Notes: generated by a model from the sequence alone, not told the origin. 63,976 bases of DNA, filler included, from Octopus bimaculoides (GCF_001194135.2; 6 parts of 5 records of this genome joined end to end with filler, not necessarily neighbours in it); one strand, 5' to 3'. Positions 12,856 to 25,286 are shown, numbered from the whole stretch's first letter. Numbers and translations: made by a program.

Positions 12856-13460
12856 CGAACATTTACTACATATATATANNNNNNNNNNNNNNNNNNNNNN
12901 NNNNNNNNNNNNNNNNNNNNNNNNNNNNNNNNNNNNNNNNNNNNNNNNNNNNNNNNNNNNNNNNNNNNNNNNNNNNNNNNNNNNNNNNNNNNNNNNNNNN
13001 NNNNNNNNNNNNNNNNNNNNNNNNNNNNNNNNNNNNNNNNNNNNNNNNNNNNNNNNNNNNNNNNNNNNNNNNNNNNNNNNNNNNNNNNNNNNNNNNNNNN
13101 NNNNNNNNNNNNNNNNNNNNNNNNNNNNNNNNNNNNNNNNNNNNNNNNNNNNNNNNNNNNNNNNNNNNNNNNNNNNNNNNNNNNNNNNNNNNNNNNNNNN
13201 NNNNNNNNNNNNNNNNNNNNNNNNNNNNNNNNNNNNNNNNNNNNNNNNNNNNNNNNNNNNNNNNNNNNNNNNNNNNNNNNNNNNNNNNNNNNNNNNNNNN
13301 NNNNNNNNNNNNNNNNNNNNNNNNNNNNNNNNNNNNNNNNNNNNNNNNNNNNNNNNNNNNNNNNNNNNNNNNNNNNNNNNNNNNNNNNNNNNNNNNNNNN
13401 NNNNNNNNNNNNNNNNNNNNNNNNNNNNNNNNNNNNNNNNNNNNNNNNTTTTTTTTTTTA

Positions 13461-14502
13461 GTTTTTATGGGGTCATTTTTAATTTATATACTAGTTTATC
13501 AAATCCTTATATATCTAAGGCTGAGAGAACAAAGGGGCAGTATCTGTTAGGGGTAGGGCTGAGGGACCAGACAGAAATCATAGTTGGTATAGTCATAAAA
13601 ATCAAGATCTATTAGAAGCAATATCATGAGGTTTGGTAAAGGAAAGCTTAAAACAAGATGTTAGCTGACAATTAAGGGGTCGCCCACTAGCAGACCATTG
13701 ATAATGAAACAAGGGAAGTCTTATCATGTAGTACTATAGTTAAATGTTTTAAACAATGTTGCTATATTGTATACAGTTAAAGTTTAGGGCTATTCAGAAG
13801 ATTATTAAGAAGAATATATTAACAAGAGGATAGAAATTTATGGATACTTTTGATTATATACCAAACTTTTACCACAATAGAGGGAGGAAAAGAAATTATC
13901 CAGAAATAGTTTAATATTTATACATATTGTACACTTACTAACCTATCAGATGGTATCTGTGAATATGGTTAATAGGTATATACTGGTATTAATAAAGGAG
14001 TATTGAGGCAAAAGAACATGCTAATTATATGTTAATAAAATTATAATCTAAGCAGTTTTTTTTATAAGTAGTGAATATACCAGTATAGTTTTATATAGGC
14101 TAAGTATGAATTTATAGAGATACAAAAATTAGATTAATTTTATTAATAAATAAAGGCTAATTATAAATTAATAAAGAAATGAAATAAAATAATCATGTAG
14201 GGCAGAACACCATAGAAAAGGAATAAAATAGCTTAATTACTAATACTATGGTAAATTATACGTAGCTTATTAACACCAATAGAGAAGATTTATAGAAAAA
14301 GTATAATAATTCAAAATATATTAGACTAAAAATTATATATTTACTTATTTAGCTAATATCAATAACAGGCTGATGTCTGATATCAGCTAAAAGAATATTT
14401 AAGTAATGGAACATTCATATTTTACACTAATCTTTTTTTTTTTAAACTAAGGGTTATATTATAGGTTTAAGAAGTTATTATTGTTACTGACCCCATAAAA
14501 AC
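13461..14502 (+). mobile_element. Tc1/IS630-like DNA transposon relic, 1042 bp, perfect 15-bp TIRs, TA flanks
   Basis: gtttttatggggtca (13461) / tgaccccataaaaac (14502); residual RGRP and RSLLTPIEKIY (SPDLNPIE-like, 14261-14293); many stops. Confidence 0.6.
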
Positions 14503-14802
14503 TAAAAAAAAAATCAGTGACAGGCAGAGTCTGCAACAATGTATATCTTGATAACTTAGTAACTTCTATGCTCGAGTGGAGACAGCATGTTCTTTGTCTA
14601 TCTCCTTACCTTCTTGGAGATTTAAGGTATAATTATACTAATGTGTCCATCTGTTCTAATTTAATTAAATTCTATGTCTTTGTGCAGCTGGGGATTGCTC
14701 TGCATTTTTGATGTAATGATTGCATTGTTCAATTAAATAGAGTTGCATGAAACGATCTACTGCATTACCTCTGGATATCCTTGTTGCTTATTTTGGTTAT
14801 AT

Positions 14803-14858
<56 letters not shown>

Positions 14859-15534
14859 GACGGGCTTCTTTCAGTTTCCGTCTACCAAATCTATGAAAGC
14901 TCAGGTAGTCTTTAATGGTGAGTTTACAGCTCAGAGCTGGCTGCTGGTCATAAATAAATATTACTTGATGTTTCTCCTGTTCCTTATTTCTTGCTATTCC
15001 TCAATTTCTTACTGTCATAAGGACCCCTCACCAAAGAAAGAAACAAATTATAGAAGGGGTCAATTAGATAGTTGTAAATGCGCATAAAGAGGTAGGGTAG
15101 GGGTGGCACTAACTCTTGTCATTATTTTCAGCTAAAGGGATGTACACTATGAAACTTAGGACGCTATACTTGGATCTCGGAAAACATTAAGTGCTGAGAG
15201 GGGAAAAATTTGTAATCAAGATATAGAAAAAAAACTTGTAATATTATGTTGTATAAAAATAAAAGTAAAACTTAAAATTTTTTTAAATTTCAAAAATTTT
15301 TAAATTTTAATATATATATACTCACATCGATACATACATGCATACATACATCGATACATACATACATACATACATACATACATACATGATGGATTTTCTT
15401 GTCGTGAACGGCAAATAAAGGTTCAGTAAAATAAAGCCGTAATCATGTTCTATGGACTCGAATGTGTCTCTTGTGGTGTTGCTGGTGCCTTGCAAACCTT
15501 TTGGCAAACGGAACAAGCTGAAGACTTTTATTCC

Positions 15535-15910
15535 GTTATTCTTTTACTTCTGTCAGTCATTTAACTGCGGCCGTGCTAGGGCACAGCCTTGAAGGGTTTT
15601 AGTCGAAGAAATGGACCCCAGCACTATTTAAAAAGGTGTGACACTTATTCTATCGGTTTCTTTTGCCGAACCGATAGGTTACGGAGATGTAACACATGAA
15701 CGCCAGTTGTCAAGCAGTGATGGGGGAACAAACACAGACACAAACATGCGCACGCGCGAATATATACGACGGGCTTCTTTCATTTTTCGTCTACCAAATG
15801 CATTCACAAGGCTTTGTTGGGTCGGCCCGAGGCTATACCAGGAAACACTTGCCCAATATACTACGCAGTGGGATTGAACCCGGAACCATGTGGTAAGCTT
15901 CTTACCTGCA
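15535..15910 (-). mobile_element. SINE family A, near full length
   Basis: Tail, microsatellite linker and tRNA-like head (ggattgaacccggaaccatgtgg) all present. Confidence 0.85.
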
Positions 15911-15954
15911 CCTCAATATATATATATACATACACACACACACACACAGAGTCA

Positions 15955-16019
15955 CAGATAGATAGGTAGATAGATAGACAGACAGACAAACAAACAGATA
16001 GATAGATAGATAGATAGAC

Positions 16020-16064
<45 letters not shown>

Positions 16065-16100
16065 TGTATGTATGTATGTATGTACGTACAACGTATGTAT
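15955..16100. repeat. (GATA/GACA/TATG)n tetranucleotide array
   Basis: Direct inspection. Confidence 0.95.
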
Positions 16101-16434
16101 GTATTGCGCAAGTGTTTAAGTAGATCAATAAACAAATCAACCAATAATAAACATGATATATAAATAAACAATTTCAGAAGGTATTAAAGAGAAATAGTCA
16201 TCAATTTTGGCCAGTGTTTGAGAAAATAAATATCAAGTGGTTTGTTTTTGCCTTCAAGGACGACATTAGGACTAGGTGGACACCAAATAAAATGGCTTCC
16301 GTCACGTGTCAGTCGCTGAGTTAAGTGTCATTCTAAGCCCCACACCATCGCCAACACCAACGCTGTTCCTTCCATTTCATCTTCCTGCTTCTCTTTGCTT
16401 TTAGAATTCAACACCTTGCAGCAGACTCTCAGTG

Positions 16435-17036
16435 ACCATGGTAGTGTTGTTGTTGTTGTGGTGGTGGTGGTGGAGGNNNNNNNNNNNNNNNNNNNNNNNN
16501 NNNGGTGGTGGCGGCGGCGAAGGTAATAGCAGTGGTGATAATGTTGGTGAAAACGGTGAGAGGGTGGGTAACGATGATAGTGATGTCGTTCTTGTTTGTG
16601 GCGGTGATGTTGGTGTTGGTAATGGTGGTGGTTGTAGTGGTGAAAATGTAAAAGAAAAATAGTGGTATGCGTGATTGACCGGAAGGTGGCAGCAGTGGCG
16701 GCGGTTACGGTGACCATTGATAGCAGTGGTGATCATGGTGGTGAGTGGTAGTGATGATGTTGCTGAAGATGCTGAAAGGTGTAACTGACCATCAGCGGTG
16801 GTGGTGGTAGCAGCGACCAAGATATTGGTCACAGGTGTGACTGACCAGCAGTGGCGGTGATGAAGGCAATTGTCTTTATTGTTGTTGTTATTGCTGTTAA
16901 TGTTGCTGCTGTTGCTGTGCTTTTAGTGGTAGTGGTAGTGGTATGGAATGGCAAAATGTTAGAGTTGTAGTGCGAAAAATAATAAACTATGTTATTGATT
17001 TTACATAACGTCACCAACGCGAACACAACCACCACC

Positions 17037-17083
<47 letters not shown>

Positions 17084-17510
17084 GTCTACCGCTACCGCAA
17101 TTACTACTGTTATTTCCACGCCACTATTACCATCTTCATCTCTATAACAAGAAAAAGCAGCAGTTCTAATGACACAGCCACCACCACCACCAGCAACAAC
17201 AACTACTACTACAGCAGCACCATCATCACCAACAACAACACTACCACCGCCACGACCCTCTCCTCACTACCACTACTGCCACAACGCTCTCCACACCACC
17301 ATTACTACCACAGCAGCCACCAATATCACAAACACTACTCACACCACTACCGCTACAACCATCTCCAACACCAACTGGTACCAGCACTACCACCACCACC
17401 ACCACCACCACNNNNNNNNNNNNNNNNNNNNNNNNNNNNNNNNNNNNNNNNNNNNNNNNNNNNNNNNNNNNNNNNNNNNNCCCCTACCGCCTTTATTAAC
17501 CCCTCCTACA
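16435..17510. repeat. Degenerate trinucleotide arrays (GGT/GTT then ACC/AAC)
   Basis: Direct inspection; source of poly-T/H/L ORFs. Confidence 0.9.
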
Positions 17511-18175
17511 TAAGTTCAACTAACTAAAAAGAGATAACATTTTTCTCGGTAAATGTTAGACGTGTAAATCTAAAAATGATATTAATTCTCAACTACCTTA
17601 TCGTGAATTAGCTGCATATCATTGTAGGTGATACGATAGTGGGATATTGGCTGTCAAACAACCAATAAGAAGCCGTAGAAAACCTCAACTTCCTGTCACA
17701 CACTCTATATTATCAACAGATATTTACATCAACTGAAATTCTTTATAACTCTAATTTGCATAGAATTTTTCTAATTTTCTATTTCGATTATGTATTACAT
17801 AAATTGTTGATTATGTATTACATAAAGTGTCGAATTCACAATCATGTTATCGTGGTTTCGATTCTTGAATTGGGTGATGCAGTGCATTGTGGGTGTGTGT
17901 GTTTATTAAACACTTAAAAGAAGAGTGGTGACAGCAAATTTGAAGTTACGACCTACTAACCATCATCGGACAGTCTGACGACAACTCGCGGACCTCAACT
18001 TCGAAACCATTGTAACTTGAAAAAGTTTTATATAAAATATTGAGTAATTATTTAGTTTAATTTCAAAACGTTTTTCATATATAACTTGATGTCGCTTATT
18101 GGCCTTTTGACTAAGTTCAAACTGTAGTATATAACTTGATATAAAAATAAATATTATGTGCGCAGATGAAGCTAT

Positions 18176-18490
18176 AGGCGTTGACATGGCTGTGTGGTTA
18201 GAAGTTTGCTTCCCAACCACATGGTTTGGGGTTCAGTCCCATTGCGTGGTTTTGGGGCAAGTGTATTCTACTACAGTCTGAACGGAGCCTTATGAGTGAA
18301 TTTGGGAGACGGAATGTGACTTGACGACCGGTCTTTGGTGTGTTTACGTCCACGTAAAATAGCGGTTCGGCAAAAATGACCGATAGAGTAAGTACCAAGC
18401 TTAAGAAAAAGAATAAGTACTGAGGTCGATTCGTTCAACTAAATTTCTTCGAGGTCTGACCGCAGCCGAATGAGTGAAATGAAAGAGAGA
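18176..18490 (+). mobile_element. SINE family A copy
   Basis: aggcg..tggctgtgtggttagaagtttgcttcccaaccacatggtttggggttcagtccc...gcggttcggcaaaa...aataagtac. Confidence 0.8.
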
Positions 18491-18502
18491 CATCTGTATA
18501 TG

Positions 18503-18703
18503 TTCTTTTATTTGCTTCAGTCATTTGACTGCGGCCATGCTGGAGCACCGCCTTTAGTCGAGCAAATCGACACCAGGACTTATTCTTTGTAAGCCTAGTA
18601 TTTATTCTATCGGACCGTTTTGCCGAACCGCTAAGTTACGGGGACGCAAATACCTCAACATCGGTTGTCAAGCGATGGTGGGGGGACAAACACAGACACA
18701 CAA

Positions 18704-18754
<51 letters not shown>

Positions 18755-18914
18755 ACGGCTTCTTTCAGTTTCTGTACCAAATCCACTCACAAAGCTTTGG
18801 TCGGCCCGAGGCTATAGTAGAAGACACTTGCCCAAGGTGCCACGCAGTGGGATGAAAACCCAGAATCATGTGGTTGGTAAGCAAGCTACTTACAACACAG
18901 CCACTCTTGCGCCT
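18503..18914 (-). mobile_element. SINE family A, full length
   Basis: Complete head (reverse complement aggcgcaagagtggctgtgttgtaagtagcttgc), (CA)n linker and tail. Confidence 0.9.
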
Positions 18915-19559
18915 ATATATTCTTTCATGAAACGGTGGAGCACGGTAACGATGCAGCTATAATAATAGCGTGAAAATGTTGAGTTAAACAAATTCTTTGG
19001 ATAGAAAAAGTCGAAAGCTACCCGTGGAAAAGTCAAGCTCAGATGTCATGCTAAACAGAAATTGTATGTTCCAGCCATAGTTTTTCTTTTAACCCAAAGG
19101 ATTTTTTAACTCTAAATTTATATGCTATTCTAATAGCTTTATCTACATCGATTTCTATCGTGTTAACGAATTATGTTCAGGTTTCCCGAAGTTTCTAAAT
19201 TCTTATGATGTATACAACATATGCATACTTACATACACATACACACACACACACACATACACAGACACACATACACACACACTCATACATACATGCTTTT
19301 GTGTGTTACTAATTGTTTCATATATGCTTTTATGTGTTACTATTAGTTTTTAACATGTCTGGTGTCCAAGTACAATCATCAGGCACTGCCCATATGGCAT
19401 AGCGAACTAAAGACAATAAGATGAGACAAAAAGCAAGAAATGGCGATAAACAACTAGATATAAAAGGTGGAAGGTTGAAAAACCGGAAAACAGAAAGAAA
19501 CAAAAGGGAGAAAAGTAGAATTATGTCCTCTTTGACCGTAAACTATAAAGCTGAAAAGA

Positions 19560-20600
19560 TACTGGATTAAATTCTGTCATACAGTTATTCAATCCAGAGA
19601 GGGTGTCACTTTCCAATTCGTCAACAGGAACTTAGTTATATGCTTAAAACTGCTGAAAATTTCAGATCTAGAATTCAGTAGTGTGTTAGAGTTCTTAGAT
19701 CTGAAAAGAATATGAGTTTTTTCAGCTTTGCATAGCTGATATTTTTTTTTCTGAACCGTTAACATATAATGTGGATTTTTCGACTACTTTCCACTTTATT
19801 GTATGTGGTGTGCCGTTTGATTTCAAACCCCACACGTGACTAACCAAATTAGTAGCTTTACACTTGTCCATGTATCGGAAGGAAGATATATAATTAACAT
19901 AACGATTTTTGAATTCGCTTTCATATAGTCCGATATAGGTCTTCCTTTCGGTTGCATTAACTTCTGCCTCATATATGACAGATTTAATCATACATCCCTG
20001 ATCGAGTGGATGGGTTCTTGGGTCTTGACTGTTATAACTGGGAGTGGGATCTTGGTCTTGTTCTCATGTAATGATACTTTTCATAGTGGAGCAGCAGGTA
20101 TATGATAATTTCACTGAGAACTTGTTAAATATTTTCTTGTACTTGTGATTTTATGGAAAATGTTTGTGTAAGAGAAACAGGAATCTTTTACCGATGTTAG
20201 TTTTTACGTTAAGAGAAAAGTGGTGATGGTAGTGGGGGGAACCAATTTATTTTCCTCAGTCTATTTTTAGATCTATTATTATTATTCTGATTAATATTAG
20301 AGGAGTTATATATTAATTTATCCTTAAAGGTACTATTGGCTTGGACATTGTTGTAGTAGAGAACTGCCTTCTCGAAAATTTCTTCAGGGGAAGAGAGGTT
20401 AGAAACTATTACCAGTGTATAAACCAACGTCGTCAGCTGGATACTTAGATCGCAATGTGTTTAATACAAAGAGACCCACAATATCGCAAACGTCAGCATT
20501 ATCGTACGACCTCATTGATACATCGAACAGTTCATCATTATCAGACTTTTTTTTACCTATGCTGAGCCTTTACTAAACAGTAGTGTTTTCCTCGCATGTA
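19560..20600 (-). mobile_element. Penelope-like element remnant (RT C-terminal part plus GIY-YIG endonuclease)
   Basis: FDVSMRSYDNADVCDIVGLFVLNTL (MGSYDGAEVCELVG-like), RKINWF, VIYEAEV...TYIGLYESEFKNRY...IKWKVVEKS, LLNSRSEIF; frameshifted. Confidence 0.85.
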
Positions 20601-21336
20601 GCTCTCTTTGTATTAAACACATTGAGATCTAAGTAGACTTTGGTCTTTACCGAGACGACGGATTGAGTATTTCCTATGACTGTCATGGTCACGCAATTGA
20701 TAAATTTAGGAAACAACTTATTTCCACCATATGTATATGCATGTATATATATATACTAGTCGTACTCGTCGCTATGCTACTGGATCGACCTAGTCAAAAT
20801 GAAACAGATCCTTCAGTACAAGCGTACTACAACGATCACATTGATTTGCTCAACAACCTGTTTTTTTCTTTGTAACAAATTTTAGTTCTGTCTTTCACAC
20901 ACCCCTGCCCCCCCCCACACACACACACTCGTTCTTTACCCCCTCTCTCTCTCTTTCTCTCACTACCCCCCTCTCCACTCTCTCTCTATTCCCCCCTCTC
21001 TCTCTCTCTCTCTCTTTCTCTCTCTGAACAATAACAACAACAACCAATCATAGTGTGTCTTTTTGTTAAAGTCAATGCTGCGTTGTCTATATGCTGAAAG
21101 ACATACAGAAATACGCACATACACGCACAGAAAAAACACACGGACATAGAAATACACACATACACACACACACAACACACACAAACAATGAAGAAGATAA
21201 TTATATGTAATACATTGAAAAAAGAGAAAGAGGTACATAATTTTGAAATTTGTTTTGCATTGTGTTGACAGCAATGCACATAAAATTTTCGCGTTTTTAA
21301 TAAAAAAAAATTGCTTGTTTCTATGGTGATAACACT

Positions 21337-21436
21337 NNNNNNNNNNNNNNNNNNNNNNNNNNNNNNNNNNNNNNNNNNNNTTAATTAATTAANNNNNNNN
21401 NNNNNNNNNNNNNNNNNNNNNNNNNNNNNNNNNNNN
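21337..21436. other. Artificial scaffold linker
   Basis: N44-TTAATTAATTAA-N44. Confidence 0.95.
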
Positions 21437-21604
21437 TGATATCAACCAAATTCTTAGTTGTGATGCTCCAACATGGCCACAGTTTAACAATTTAAACTCC
21501 AGTAAAAGAATGTTAATGATATAACAATAATTTTTAATAAGCCAACTCTTGTTTTCTATCATAGCTTAGCTCTTAGCATCTTCTTCCAAATTTATATAAT
21601 AATC

Positions 21605-21827
21605 CAGGCCGTTGCCAGTACCGCCTGACTGGCCTTCGTGCGGGTGACATGTAAAAGCACCCACTACACTCTCTGAGTGGTTGGCGTTAGGAAGGGCATC
21701 CAGCTGTAGAAACTCTGCCAAATCAGATTGGAGGCTGGTGTTGCCATCCGGTTTCACCAGTCCTCAGTCAAATCGTCCAACCCATGCTAGCATGGAAAGC
21801 GGACGTTAAACGATGATGATGATGATG
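21605..21827 (+). mobile_element. RTE LINE 3' UTR-derived repeat (family C) with (GAT)n tail
   Basis: Same sequence follows the RTE C-terminal ORF at 46825-47190; ends acgttaaacgatgatgatg. Confidence 0.8.
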
Positions 21828-22262
21828 TATGTATGTATGTGTGTGTGTGTGAGTGAGTGTTTCTTTGCAATGGACAGCGGAAAAGCCACCTACTCCACTC
21901 TCTCCTTAAAGCTAGGTATTCCTCACGCCCGAGTGTGTGTTGTATCTATGTATTTGCAAAAGTATATCTGACAGCTTTATTAATGTTACATCCCATTCTC
22001 ACTGCTGTTCTTGCCTTCACTGATATAACTCACCCTCTCTCTGTTACTACCTCTCATAATTTTGCAACCTTCTCATTTTGTCATATAATTCGCCCAACGC
22101 CCTTGGGGGGGTGTACATTATAGATTTTTATTGAGATCTAAATAGTCTATCATTGAACTGGATGTTAGTGTCACATGCATGCAAAGTTTCGTGAATATTG
22201 GTTCAGCGGTTTAGGCAGTAAGTTTAGGAAGCGGTTTGGTAATAGAAATTGCCATTATATAT

Positions 22263-22590
22263 ACTCTTTACTCTTTTACTTGTTTCAGTCATTTGACTGC
22301 GGCCATGCTGGAGCACCACCTTTAGTCGAGCAAATCGACCCCAGGACTTATTCTTTGGAAGCCTGGTACTTATTCTATCGGTCTCTTTTGCCGAACCGCT
22401 AAGTTATGGGGACGTAAACACACCAGCATCGGTTATTGAGTGATGTTGTGGGGGACAAACACAGACACACAAACATACACACACATATATATATATACAT
22501 ATATATGATGGGCTTCTTTCAGTTTCCGTCTACCAAATCCACTCACATGGCTTTGGTCGGCCCGAGGCTATAGTAGAAGACACTTGGAGA
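22263..22590 (-). mobile_element. SINE family A copy (head truncated)
   Basis: Near-consensus match to 18503-18914. Confidence 0.9.
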
Positions 22591-22969
22591 TGTCTTACAT
22601 GTTTTTCTACATATATATCTATGTAACTCCTATTAATAATGAAACATAAGTAATGCAGAAAAATAATACCAAAAAAAATTTCCAGTTTTCTGTTTTAATA
22701 TATAATTGCTCTGCAATGTTTTACAGTGTTTTATAGTAATCTCCAATATTTTCAATTCTCATATCTACAAGTATATTTTGGAGTACTAAAATATATACTC
22801 CAAGAGGACAGAGTTTGGATTATAACCCTGTCTATTTATTTCTCTCACTCTCTTTTTTTTTTTTTTGTCTTTTACTTGTTTTAGTCATTCGGCTGTGGCC
22901 ATGCTGGGGCACTGCCTTGAGAATTTTAGTCAGATGACTGGACCCCAATACCTGTATATATATATATAT

Positions 22970-23185
22970 ATGGGAGAATATACAAATAATAACAACAGAC
23001 GAGGACAGGTGATGTAAATAACAAAAGTATATATTAGTATGACGCTCGGGAATACGGAAAGTCTTTGACGTTTCGAGCTACGCTCTTCAACAGAAAGAAT
23101 ACGGAGACAAGGAGAAAAACACGGAGAAAAAAAATTGAATAGTGTTCAGTCAACGGTCAATCATAATAATGGCCGATCATATATT
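22970..23185 (-). repeat. Family H repeat carrying a hammerhead-like motif
   Basis: Abuts (TA)n; shares gagc..gctcgaaacgt.aaa...gagcgtc..ctaata layout with 3765-3975. Confidence 0.65.
23062..23098 (-). ncRNA. Minimal type-I hammerhead-like motif with A6-to-U core variant
   Basis: UCUUU-CUGUUGA-A-GAGC gua GCUC-GAAA-CGU-C-AAAGA: 5-bp stem I, perfect stem II, GUC site. Confidence 0.5.
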
Positions 23186-23714
23186 TAAGAGTTTATATAT
23201 ATATATATTCTTTTTGAAGTACTGGTATTTATTCTATCAGTCTCTTTAGCCAAACTTCTAAGTTACGGGAACATAAGCACACCATCATCAATTATTAAAT
23301 GATGTGGGGGACAAACACAAACACACACACACGCCCCCCCAACACACACATGTGATAGGCTTGTTTCAGTTTCTGTGTACCAAATCCACTCTCAAGGCTT
23401 TGGTTGGCCTGAGGCTATAGTAGAAGATACTTTCCCAAGGTGCCATGCAGTGGGACTGAACCTGGGACAATGTCATTGGGAAACAGGCTTCTTACCACGC
23501 AGCCATGCCTATCCATATACACAAATAAACACCCCTCATTGTACTCTTTTATCTGTGCAGACTACCTCGTTTTTCAAAGTGGTTCATGAGTTATTTTCCC
23601 ATCAGTTTCCAAGTTGAGTGTGCTCAATACCAGTGCTGCCTGACTGGCTCCTGTGATGGTGGTACATAAAAAGCACCCACTATACTTCTGGAGTGATTGA
23701 CATTAGGAAGGGCA

Positions 23715-24030
23715 TACCTCACAGAAGCACTTTGACTAATTTGTGGTTGCACTGCAACATCAGGTGGCTTACAATGGGGATTATTTTCAACAAACTACTT
23801 GACAGCTTGAAGACACCTGTCAGAGAGCCCAGGTCAATCTGAGTGGAATACTGTTGGTTTCTTTTCTTTTGCTGGTGAATTGTACTATCATTCTGTTGAC
23901 TTTAGCAAGAGGAAACCCAAGGTTTTGTGCAATCTTACACTAGTAACAGCTAAGTTCAAAGTGATTCACAACATGTCCTCTTTGAAAATTAGACAATTTT
24001 TGTTTCTGGTGTTCATAACAAGACTAGCTG
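23715..24030 (-). mobile_element. Tc1-like transposase N-terminal (HTH) remnant
   Basis: KLSNFQRGHVV...KIAQNLGFPLAKVNRMI...GLSDRCLQAVK*FVENNP (ELSDFQRG-type start); frameshifts. Confidence 0.65.
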
Positions 24031-24155
24031 CCATAAACAATTAATATACTGTAATCTCAAGTGGAAACTAATACAAGCTTGAAGCACCAGATAATGTCCA
24101 CACACATAAAACAATATAATGAGCAGTGTTTATTTACTTATGAAATGTCTGTTTG

Positions 24156-24189
<34 letters not shown>

Positions 24190-24639
24190 TGTCTGTTTGT
24201 CTGTATGTATGTATGTATGTATGTATGTATGTGTGTATGCCACAGCAGAAGCAGACAAAGAACATCCAACAGTGATGGTGGAATTACGAAATCATTATCT
24301 TTGTGTCTTTGCACATCTTCAGTAGCAAGTATCCACTATTAAATACATACTTAGAAAAATTTCACTTCCTCTGATATATAGAAAAACAGTGATTAACAAA
24401 ACACTGGTGTTGCAAATTTTTGGTGGGCTGGGTAAAAAGCAGTATTAGTTCAGAATATCATTCTGTATATCTTATTCAACATGATATATATATATGCAAA
24501 TATATGCATATATTTATTTATATCATTATTTAAAACAATTTGATTCAGCCCTATGCATCTTTTGAAAGCTTGTCACAGGAACCCAGCTCACCAGGCTCAG
24601 GTTTTAAATAGTAATAATATATGTAACTTCTACTGTGGG

Positions 24640-25000
24640 AAGATGTGTGGGAAGATGAATGGAGGAATAACTTGTCCATCACTAGTGATCACGCCAAAGA
24701 CCATGAAATTGACTGGATGCTTGATTTTTATCACTCTCAGCACATGTCCTCAGATCGCACTGTCAGATTGACACCCAAACACTCTGAAATGTTTGTATTG
24801 GAGCTTCTGACATGAATGTCAAGTAGTACAGCATGTCATTTCCAAATTTCTGGCTATGTGAATTACATCATGGTACTGTTTTTCTCACAGACAGTGCCCA
24901 ACTGACCCTACCACACTATAGTTGACAAAATCAAAAACAAACCATGCGCATGCATGAAATTAAAAATATAAAATGGTGACAATTTACTCATTGCACCCTG
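24640..25000 (-). mobile_element. Internally deleted Tc1/mariner (maT-like) element
   Basis: TA-CAGGGTGCAA terminus at 25000; NISECLGVNL and KHPVNFMVFGVITSDGQVIPPFIFPH (KHPASVMV-type motif). Confidence 0.75.
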
Positions 25001-25286
25001 TATATACATGTGTGTGTGTGTGTGTATTTATGTATGTATGTATGTATTTATAGATATTTACTTTATGTGTGTATATGCCCCACCACCTCTACCACAACCA
25101 CCACCACATAACAGCTTCTTTGAAATTCAAATTCCTTTGATTGCTCATCTTTGTGCTGTTGATATTCTTTAATGAGCCTAGTTCTGTTTCTTTTACAATT
25201 GTTATCTATCTGAAATCACAAACATCATTCAATGACTGATTACACCTTAAGGAATAATTAGATGAGACAGATATTTATATACTCAC

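Noticed and set aside
13461-14502. Mitochondrial insertion (NUMT)
   Set aside because: AT-rich, but I found no mitochondrial protein, rRNA or tRNA motifs; TIRs and a PIE-type motif favour a transposon.
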